Shown in pieces: positions 37,342-44,189 of a stretch of 47,947 nt of DNA. Under the pieces are notes generated by a model. It searched no databases. It was not told the DNA's origin and was given only the letters and a program-made list of their open reading frames with translations. Both the position numbers and the translations under genes were made by a program. The stretch lies in contig JBQGNO010000002.1 in assembly GCA_052087725.1 (NCBI GenBank), forward strand, positions 1 to 47,947. Reading direction: 5' to 3'. Positions within the stretch are counted from its first letter, which is position 1. Each line of letters opens with the position of its first letter. The DNA is from Janibacter sp. (GTDB lineage: Bacteria; Actinomycetota; Actinomycetes; Actinomycetales; Dermatophilaceae).

Positions 37342-38505
37342 TCAGCTGGTGCGGCGGGCGGCCGCGTAGGCCGTCAGGCGGGTCTCGAGCTCGGCGGGCG
37401 GGGCGCCCTCCTCGAGAGCCTGCCGGACGATGTCGGCCTGGGTGGGTGGCGACATGCCGTCGACGGGTTGATCGAGGTCGAGGTTGGTGGGGAAGGCATA
37501 GCCCTCGGCGGCCGCGGCGACAGCATCATCGGTCGGGAGGGCGGCGGCCTTGCGGGAGAGCAGCGCCGGATAGATCGCGGTGACGATCCGATGCCGGTCG
37601 GTGGCTTCCATGGCCCGGCCGAAGGCCGAGGAGAGCTGCAGCAGGTTGGCCATCCGGCGCACATCGTTCGTCGTGTTGCTGCCCGCGGCGTGGAAGAGGG
37701 CCGGGTTGAAGAAGACCGCATCCCCCTTCGCCAGGGGCAGCTGGACGTGGTGCTCGGCGAAGTACTCCTGGAACTCGTCGAGCCAGTAGGCGAGGTAGCC
37801 GTGGGAGTACTTCTGCGAGTGCGGCAGGTAGAGGGTCGGGCCGGTCTCGACGGGCATGTCGCAGTGGGCGATCGCGCCCTGGAGAGTGAGCACAGGGGAG
37901 AGGGCGTGCACGTGGCGCGGGTAGCGCTCGGTGACCTCGGGCGTGGTGAAGCCGAGGTGGTAGTCGCGGTGGACGGTCTGGCCGACGCCACCGGGGTTGA
38001 CCACGTTGACCTGGCTGGTGACCTGGTAGCCGGGGCCGAGCCAGGCGCGCGAGGCCAGGGCGATGAGGTCGTTGGCGTAGTAGTCGACGAAGTCCTCTGG
38101 ATGGTCGACCGCGAGCTTCTCCAGGGCATTCCAGATCCGGTCGTTGACTCCGCCAGTGGCGAAGTGGTCACCGACCTCGCCACCGGCCGCCTTCTCCGCG
38201 GCGATGATCTCTTCGAGAGCGACCGAGACCCGGTCGACGACGTCCAGCTCCAGGGCGCCGGTCATGACGAAGATGCCCGGCCCGTCGGCGAGCACCCCCG
38301 CCAGCTCGGCCTCCATCTCGGCGCAGCCCTCCTCGGTCGCGATGACCTCGCGCAGGTGCGCCGCCGTGTACACGGGCACCTGCTGCTCGAGGCGCTCCGC
38401 GTGCGCGAGGTCGGGGTCGGCCTGTGCGGTGAGCAGCGCGTGCAGGTCCTCGACGCGGCAGTCGGCCTGCCGCAGGCGGGCGAAGGGGGTGGACATCGTC
38501 GTCAT
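37342..38505 (-). CDS. PhyH-family Fe(II)/2-oxoglutarate dioxygenase
   Basis: HRDYH (HxD), GPTLYLPHS, GDAVFFNPALFH (distal His) and a following Arg. Confidence 0.88.
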   Translation of the reverse strand: MTTMSTPFARLRQADCRVEDLHALLTAQADPDLAHAERLEQQVPVYTAAHLREVIATEEGCAEMEAELAGVLADGPGIFVMTGALELDVVDRVSVALEEIIAAEKAAGGEVGDHFATGGVNDRIWNALEKLAVDHPEDFVDYYANDLIALASRAWLGPGYQVTSQVNVVNPGGVGQTVHRDYHLGFTTPEVTERYPRHVHALSPVLTLQGAIAHCDMPVETGPTLYLPHSQKYSHGYLAYWLDEFQEYFAEHHVQLPLAKGDAVFFNPALFHAAGSNTTNDVRRMANLLQLSSAFGRAMEATDRHRIVTAIYPALLSRKAAALPTDDAVAAAAEGYAFPTNLDLDQPVDGMSPPTQADIVRQALEEGAPPAELETRLTAYAAARRTS

Positions 38506-38574
38506 GTCTCCAGCCTCCCCCTTCTGCCGGCTGCCGTCCCGTCGTCAAGACCTCAAAAACACCTCAGAAGCTCC

Positions 38575-38629
38575 GCAGTGCCCTAGGGCAATGCACGTTC
38601 CGTTCGCATTGCCCTAGGGCAATGCGAAC
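38575..38629. repeat. Second pair of CCCTAGGG-centred palindromes
   Basis: GCAGTGCCCTAGGGCAATGC at 38575-38594 (one mismatch) and the perfect 28-bp GTTCGCATTGCCCTAGGGCAATGCGAAC at 38602-38629. Confidence 0.9.
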
Positions 38630-38639
38630 CTTGGGTGGC

Positions 38640-38768
38640 TCACACCACGGACCAGTCCGCCATCATCATCCGGTCCTCGTGCTCGAGGTTGTGGCAGTGC
38701 AGGACGTACCGCCCGCGGTAGCCATCGATCGGGACGAGCACCTCTGCACGTGACGAGGGCCCGACGTC
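38640..38768 (-). pseudogene. C-terminal remnant of a multicopper oxidase
   Basis: My translation, absent from the ORF track: DVGPSSRAEVLVPIDGYRGRYVLHCHNLEHEDRMMMADWSVV*, containing the HCHxxxH-x4-M copper site. Confidence 0.88.
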
Positions 38769-39058
38769 GTGAGGACCCCGAGGGCGAGCGACCCGAGCCC
38801 GACCCAGAGCCGGCGGGTGAGGACCGCGAGCAGCAGCCCGACGCCTGCGGTGAGCATCGTCGGCAGCACCAGGACGCCCCCGATGATCGAGTGCATGTCG
38901 AACGCCGCCCAGCTCCCCTGGAGGAAGGACCCGATCGAGATCGGTTGCAGGACAAATAGGATCGCCTGGGCGAGGGCGAGCAGACGGAAGACCCAGAGGG
39001 TCGCCGTGCGGCCCGCGGACGGGAGCTGCGCAGGGGTGTCGAGGACGGGTGCGGCCAT
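38769..39058 (-). pseudogene. Truncated small membrane protein
   Basis: MAAPVLD...LALAQAILFVLQP...GVLT with about three TM helices, then runs out of frame into the oxidase remnant. Confidence 0.7.
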
Positions 39059-39149
39059 GTCATCGACGCTATGGATACGTTCGCCGGCGAACCATCCGAC
39101 GGGCACCAGGATCCGAGGTGGGGCTCTCCCCCTTCGCCGCCCCGCCAGA

Positions 39150-39275
39150 CGCTGGCTGAGGTGTGGAGGCCGATCGCGGCCGAGCCGCGAAGCCACGGAC
39201 GACAGTGGTTTCGAGGCTCGTCCCTCGCACCTCAACCACCGTCTGGGTCGCCAGTTCGTCGCACCTCAACCACCG
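39150..39275. repeat. REP-like cluster (inverted copy, direct copy, half copy)
   Basis: 39150-39196 inverted; 39205-39241 GTGGTTTCGAGGCTCG..GCACCTCAACCACCG; half copy at about 39259-39275. Confidence 0.8.
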
Positions 39276-39290
39276 GGGTGGAGATCGCGC

Positions 39291-39321
39291 TTGACCCTCA
39301 CGCGACGTGAGGCAGGACGGT
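39291..39321 (+). promoter_or_regulatory. MerR-type promoter/operator (tipA-like)
   Basis: TTGACC, a 19-bp spacer and GACGGT, with the dyad CCTCACG-CGA-CGTGAGG at 39296-39312; the ATG follows 6 nt after the -10 box (leaderless). Confidence 0.85.
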
Positions 39322-39327
39322 CTTCCC

Positions 39328-40134
39328 ATGACCGAGATCGCGCAGCTGTCGCACACTGGCCTCATGGAGGCGCTCACGGTGGGGCAGGTGGCCGAGACCT
39401 TCGGCGTGACGGTGCGGACGCTGCACCACTACGACGAGGTCGGGCTGCTCCATCCCTCCGAGCGCACCCGGGCAGGCTACCGGCTCTACTCCGCCGACGA
39501 CCTGCAGCGGCTGAGCACGATCGTCGTCTACCGTCGGCTGGACTTCTCGCTGGAGGAGATCGGCGAGCTGCTCGAGGCGGATGGTGACGCGGTGGTGGAC
39601 CACCTGCGGCGGCAACGCGACGCGGTCATGGCCAGGGTGGCGCAGATGTCTGCCCTGGTCGATGCGATCGACCACCGACTGGAGGCAGAGATGAACGACC
39701 AGCCAGCCACGACCGAGGACCTCAAGGAGCTCTTCGGCGACGGCTACAGCGACGAGTACCAGGCCGAGGCGCAGGAGCGCTGGGGCGACACGGACAAGTG
39801 GAAGCAGTCACAGGAGCGGCAGGCCACGATGACCACGGAGGACTGGGCGGCGGTGAAGGCCGAGACCGAGGCCTTCGAGGCCGATCTGGGTGCCGCGGTG
39901 CGTGGCGGTCAGCCCGTCGACGACGAGCGTGCGGCGGACCTGGCCGAGCGGCACCGGGCGAGCATCGACCGGCACTTCGACTGTGACCACGAGTTCCAGA
40001 TCTGCCTGGCGCAGATGTACCTCTCGGACCCGCGCTTCACCGCGCACTACGAGGAGGTCGCCCCCGGCGCGGCGCAGTGGCTGCACGACGCGATCGTCGC
40101 CAACGCCGCCCGGCACGGGGTGCAGCCCGGCTGA
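39328..40134 (+). CDS. tipA: MerR-family regulator with a TipAS antibiotic-recognition domain
   Basis: GVTVRTLHHYDEVGLL..GYRLY; EAQERWGDT; HFDC...ICLAQMYLSDPRF. Confidence 0.9.
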   Translation: MTEIAQLSHTGLMEALTVGQVAETFGVTVRTLHHYDEVGLLHPSERTRAGYRLYSADDLQRLSTIVVYRRLDFSLEEIGELLEADGDAVVDHLRRQRDAVMARVAQMSALVDAIDHRLEAEMNDQPATTEDLKELFGDGYSDEYQAEAQERWGDTDKWKQSQERQATMTTEDWAAVKAETEAFEADLGAAVRGGQPVDDERAADLAERHRASIDRHFDCDHEFQICLAQMYLSDPRFTAHYEEVAPGAAQWLHDAIVANAARHGVQPG

Positions 40135-40146
40135 GGCCGAGCACAA

Positions 40147-40205
40147 GAGGGTCTCCTGGTGCATTGCGTGGCGGATTCCGCCATCGATTGCACCAGGAGA
40201 CCCTC
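40147..40205. terminator. Long hairpin between convergent genes
   Basis: GAGGGTCTCCTGGTGCA...TGCACCAGGAGACCCTC (17-bp arms) with inner TGGCGGA/TCCGCCA. Confidence 0.7.
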
Positions 40206-40245
40206 GAATGCACGCATGCCGACCACACCGCGGATGGTTGTGGGA

Positions 40246-40293
40246 GTGGCTTCGAGGTTCGCCCGCTGGGGCGGGCTCGCACCTCAGCCACCG
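40246..40293 (+). repeat. REP-like copy
   Basis: GTGGCTTCGAGGTTCGCCCGCTGGGGCGGGCTCGCACCTCAGCCACCG. Confidence 0.8.
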
Positions 40294-40308
40294 CCCCCAA
40301 AGGGCTTC

Positions 40309-40932
40309 TCAGCCGGCGTGACGGGCGTCGGCCGAGGCGAACCCGAGCCAGGTGTGGCGGTTGCCGGCCCAGCACCAGCCGACCTTGGGGGCGTCCTTGC
40401 GCTCCGTGCCGTCGCGGCCGGTGCCGTTGCTGATCCACAGGGCCGATGTTCGCGAGTCGAGTCCACCGCGAGCCTTCGGTTTGCGAGAGCCGATCGTCAT
40501 GAAGCACCGACCCCGCTCGAGCTGCTCCGGCTGGTGCAGCAGCCAGCTGATCCCCTCGCTCACGGTGAGCGGGACCCGCCCGCGCTCGCGGATCGCCGGG
40601 AGCGCCTCTGCGGGTGACCAGTTCAGCATCTCGTCACCGCGCTCGACGTCGCTGATCCACCACAGCGGGGCGTCCGGGGGCTCGTTCGCGTCGATGGGGA
40701 CGAAGTCGGCGAGGTCGGTCATGTCCTCGACGACGAAGCCCGGCTTGCCGGCGTGCCGGAGCAGGGGCGTGAGGTCCGCGGCCGGGACGAGCGAAGGGGA
40801 GACCACCAGCACGCCGCCGGTGTCCGGGGCGGGTGGGACGAGGTCCACGAAGGCGGCCTCGGTGAGGCCGGCGAGGGAGGGGATGCCGCAGTCGACGAGG
40901 CGGGCGATCTGGGCGGCGACATCGTCGGTCAT
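40309..40932 (-). CDS. DUF5701-family protein
   Basis: DVERG..NWSPAEAL, PLTVSEG, ALWIS and APKVGWCWAGNRHTWLG motifs. Confidence 0.75.
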   Translation of the reverse strand: MTDDVAAQIARLVDCGIPSLAGLTEAAFVDLVPPAPDTGGVLVVSPSLVPAADLTPLLRHAGKPGFVVEDMTDLADFVPIDANEPPDAPLWWISDVERGDEMLNWSPAEALPAIRERGRVPLTVSEGISWLLHQPEQLERGRCFMTIGSRKPKARGGLDSRTSALWISNGTGRDGTERKDAPKVGWCWAGNRHTWLGFASADARHAG

Positions 40933-40985
40933 GGAGCCGGAACGGCAGCCGGAGAAAAAAACTTCCGAAACTGCTGAGATCCATC

Positions 40986-41011
40986 CCATCCGCTGTGGAG
41001 ACCGCTCCGAA
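40986..41011 (+). promoter_or_regulatory. Putative SigK-type ECF sigma promoter
   Basis: CCATCC-N15-CCGAA upstream of the substrate-sortase pair. Confidence 0.6.
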
Positions 41012-41066
41012 GTCCTCTTGCCCCACAGAGGCGGCACCGTGTCGCCGGTTTACAGGAGGACTCGTC

Positions 41067-41837
41067 ATGCGTACGACTCGAATCGCCACCATCGCCGCGA
41101 CCGCGGCTCTCGTCGGTCTGCCCCTGGCGGCTGGTCCCGCCAGCGCCGACGGCGCCGAGGGACACGACCTCACCGCCGAGCTGACCCAGCTCAACGACTC
41201 GGGAGCCTCCGGCACGGCCTGGGCCAAGGTCGAGGGCAACCAGGTCGAGATCAAGCTCGAGACCCAGGGCCTGCTCGCCGGCGCCGAAGCCCCGCACGCC
41301 CAGCACATCCACCTCGGCGGGCAGGGCATGTGCCCGACCAACGACCAGAAGGGCAAGGGCTTCGAGGGAGCCCTGCAGACCAGTGACGCCGCCGACCAGT
41401 ACGGCGCCGTCAAGGTGTCGCTGACCAAGGAGCCGGGCAAGACCGACGACAGCGCAGCCCTGGACGTCGCGAACTTCCCCACCGGGGCTAGCAACACCTA
41501 CTCGCGCACGATCACGGTTGACGACAAGGTGGCCGAGCAGATTGCCGCTGGTGAGGGCGTGGTCGTCGTCCACGGTGTCGACCACGACGGCTCCGGCAAG
41601 TACGACGGCGACACGAAGTCGGACCTCGACCCGAAGCTGCCCTCCGAGGCCACCGACCCGGCGGCCTGTGGTGAGCTCGACGCGGCCCAGATGGCGATGC
41701 CGCACGGTGGCGTCGAGACCGGCGGCTCGGACACCGCGGGCATGGAGTACCCGGGCACGGTTGCCCTCGGTGCCCTGGCTCTCGGTCTCGGTGGCGTTGG
41801 CTTCGCAGCCACGCGTCGCATGAAGACGAACCGCTGA
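41067..41837 (+). CDS. Secreted His-motif protein (CHRD/Cu-Zn SOD-like) with a C-terminal sorting signal; putative class F sortase substrate
   Basis: AGGAGG RBS; signal peptide; HAQHIH, VVVHG and PAACG motifs; MPHGGVETGG followed by a TM segment and RRMK. Confidence 0.85.
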   Translation: MRTTRIATIAATAALVGLPLAAGPASADGAEGHDLTAELTQLNDSGASGTAWAKVEGNQVEIKLETQGLLAGAEAPHAQHIHLGGQGMCPTNDQKGKGFEGALQTSDAADQYGAVKVSLTKEPGKTDDSAALDVANFPTGASNTYSRTITVDDKVAEQIAAGEGVVVVHGVDHDGSGKYDGDTKSDLDPKLPSEATDPAACGELDAAQMAMPHGGVETGGSDTAGMEYPGTVALGALALGLGGVGFAATRRMKTNR

Positions 41838-41842
41838 GCGAC

Positions 41843-42577
41843 ATGAAGAACGAGGAGACCGGCGGACGCCGTGGACGTCGACGCACAGTCGTCGTCGCGG
41901 CGTCTGCCGGCCTGCTCCTGGCCGGCGCCGGGACCGTCGGGTGGGCGGCGACCCAACAGGTCGACGCCCCCCCGGCGCCTCCCGTCGCCGAGTCGAGCTC
42001 GACGGCCGGCAGCGCCGAGTCAAGCTCCCCATCCACATCCTCGACGTCGTCGAAGCCGGCATCGCCCACGACGAAGGCGAAGTCCGGCTCATCCCCTTCG
42101 TCCACGGCGAAGCCGCTCTCCCGGTCGAAGCCGACCGCCGTGCGCATCCCCGGGATCGACGTCGAGGCACCCGTCCACGGCCTGGGCCTCGACGCCCAGG
42201 GGCAGCTCACGGTCCCCTCGGGGGATCGCTATGACGAGGTCGGCTGGTACGACGGGTCGCCCACCCCCGGTGAGACCGGGCCGGCCGTGCTCGAGGGGCA
42301 CGTCACGGGCAGCGGCCACGACCCCTCCGTCTTCTTCGAGCTGGGGGACACCCGCAAGGGTGACCGCATCGAGGTCGACCGTGAGGACGGCAGCACGGCG
42401 ACCTTCGAGGTGACGCAGGTGAAGAGCACACCCAAGGACGACTTCCCCCGCATCGACGTCTACGGCGCGACCGACGGGCCGGAGCTGCGGGTCATCACCT
42501 GCGGCGGCACCTATGACGAGAGCGCTGGGCGGCACTTGGACAACGTCATCGTCTTCGCCGAGCTCGTGAAGGACTGA
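41843..42577 (+). CDS. Class F sortase
   Basis: TM anchor, S/T/P-rich linker, VGWY, PGETGPAVLEGHV, LRVITCGG and LDNVIV motifs. Confidence 0.93.
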   Translation: MKNEETGGRRGRRRTVVVAASAGLLLAGAGTVGWAATQQVDAPPAPPVAESSSTAGSAESSSPSTSSTSSKPASPTTKAKSGSSPSSTAKPLSRSKPTAVRIPGIDVEAPVHGLGLDAQGQLTVPSGDRYDEVGWYDGSPTPGETGPAVLEGHVTGSGHDPSVFFELGDTRKGDRIEVDREDGSTATFEVTQVKSTPKDDFPRIDVYGATDGPELRVITCGGTYDESAGRHLDNVIVFAELVKD

Positions 42578-42642
42578 CCGCACACCGCTCAACAAGAGCA
42601 ACCTCCCCTTCGTGGCCCGATAAATGTGGGTCGGGTGTGGCC

Positions 42643-42675
42643 TTGACAACCTACAACCGAAAGGTTGTAGGTTGT
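42643..42675 (+). promoter_or_regulatory. ArsR operator overlapping a leaderless promoter
   Basis: TTGACA at 42643-42648; perfect dyad ACAACCTACAACC-GAAA-GGTTGTAGGTTGT at 42646-42675. Confidence 0.8.
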
Positions 42676-42679
42676 TCTC

Positions 42680-43027
42680 GTGACACCGACAGAAGAGGAG
42701 AAGGCCGACGCCTTCTTCCACGCCCTCGCCGACACCACGCGCCGCGACATCCTGCGCCGTGTCCTTGCCGGTGAGCACTCGGTGACAGCACTGGCCGAGC
42801 ACTACCCGATGAGCTTCGCCGCCGTGCAGAAGCATGTGGCGGTGCTCGAGCGGGCCGGGCTGATCACCAAACGCCGCAGCGGCCGCGAGTCCCTGGCGAG
42901 TGGCGACGTGGAGGCCGTGCGAGCGGTCTCGACGATGCTCGCCGAGCTCGAGGCCGTGTGGCGTGGACGGGTCGAGGGGATCGATGCCCTGCTGGCCCGG
43001 GACGACACCACCGAGCACATCAGCTGA
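42680..43027 (+). CDS. ArsR/SmtB family regulator
   Basis: FHALADTTRRDIL and MSFAAVQKHVAVLERAGL motifs. Confidence 0.92.
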   Translation: MTPTEEEKADAFFHALADTTRRDILRRVLAGEHSVTALAEHYPMSFAAVQKHVAVLERAGLITKRRSGRESLASGDVEAVRAVSTMLAELEAVWRGRVEGIDALLARDDTTEHIS

Positions 43028-43041
43028 TCCAGGAGATCACC

Positions 43042-43527
43042 ATGCCCCTCACCGACGTCACCACCGACATCGACACCCGCACCCTCGTCATGACCTGCGA
43101 CTTCCCCGTCACCCCCGAGCGCCTGTGGCAGGTGTGGGCGGACCCGCGCCAGCTCGAGCAGTGGTGGGGGCCCGAGGGGTACCCCGCCACGGTTACGGAG
43201 CACGACCTCACGCCCGGCGGCCTCGTGAAGTACTTCATGACCAGCCCCGAGGGGGAGAAGTTCGGGGGCGGGTGGGAGGTCATCGCCGTTGACGAGCCCG
43301 GTCGCCTCGAGCTCAAGGACTTCTTCGCCGACGCCGACGGCAACCCCGTCGACTCTGCTCCCGAGTCGCGGATGGTCGTCGAGATCACCGCGACCGACAC
43401 CGGCTCCCGGATGGTCAACACCTCCACCTGGGAGAGCGCCGAGGCGATGCAGCAGGTCCTCGACATGGGAGTCGTCGAGGGCTCCTCCTCCGCGGTGGGC
43501 CAGCTCGACGCGCTCCTCGCCGCATAG
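43042..43527 (+). CDS. SRPBCC/AHSA1 domain protein
   Basis: ERLWQVWADP..QWWGP and DLTPGG motifs; AGGAG RBS. Confidence 0.9.
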   Translation: MPLTDVTTDIDTRTLVMTCDFPVTPERLWQVWADPRQLEQWWGPEGYPATVTEHDLTPGGLVKYFMTSPEGEKFGGGWEVIAVDEPGRLELKDFFADADGNPVDSAPESRMVVEITATDTGSRMVNTSTWESAEAMQQVLDMGVVEGSSSAVGQLDALLAA

Positions 43528-43538
43528 GACGAAGGGAG

Positions 43539-44117
43539 ATGACCATGGGCGAGCTCGTCGTCGACCTCATCACGTCGTTGGACGGCTATGCGTCCGCCGA
43601 GGGCTGGCCGGGGTGGTGGGGGCTCGAGGGTCCCGAGTACCTCGGCTGGCTCGAGGCCCAGCCGGAGCGTGGGTACACGATGCTCATGGGCGCGAACACC
43701 TACCGGGTCATGTCCGGGTTCGCAGGCACCGGGGAGGATCTCGGGCCCGACGAGGCCGCCTCGGTCGACGAGCTCGGGCGCACCCCGAAGGTCGTCTGCT
43801 CCTCCACGTTGGAGGCTCCGCTTGCCTGGGACCACACCGAGGTTGTCAGCGGCGACGCCCTGTCGGCGGTACGGGACCTCAAGGAGGGAGGTCGCGATCT
43901 CCGGATGGTAGGGAGCCCCAGCCTGTGCCGATCCCTGCTGCAGGCCGGGCTCGTCGACCGCTTCCGGGTCGGGGTCTTCCCCGTCATCACGGGTGCGACG
44001 GGCAGCGAGCGGATCTACGACGGATATCCCGACGTCGCCCTGGACCTCAGGGAGAGCCTCCTCCTCGACGGTCGCATCCAGATCCTCGAGTACGCCCCGA
44101 CCGTCCTCGCCGCCTGA
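43539..44117 (+). CDS. Dihydrofolate reductase/RibD C-terminal family protein
   Basis: TSLDGY, LMGANTY, GSPSL and GLVD..FPVI motifs. Confidence 0.88.
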   Translation: MTMGELVVDLITSLDGYASAEGWPGWWGLEGPEYLGWLEAQPERGYTMLMGANTYRVMSGFAGTGEDLGPDEAASVDELGRTPKVVCSSTLEAPLAWDHTEVVSGDALSAVRDLKEGGRDLRMVGSPSLCRSLLQAGLVDRFRVGVFPVITGATGSERIYDGYPDVALDLRESLLLDGRIQILEYAPTVLAA

Positions 44118-44139
44118 GACGACGCGCGCGGGACACACC

Positions 44140-44170
44140 TCGGCCCCGGACCGTCACGGTCCGGGGCCGA
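44140..44170. terminator. Bidirectional terminator hairpin
   Basis: TCGGCCCCGGACCGT-C-ACGGTCCGGGGCCGA between convergent genes. Confidence 0.75.
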
Positions 44171-44189
44171 CGTGCGTCTCAGGCCAGCG

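Noticed and set aside
38666-39235. Intact 189-aa ORF
   Set aside because: Its N-terminus is translated REP-like DNA and its C-terminus is an out-of-frame oxidase remnant; it is better explained as a deletion chimera.
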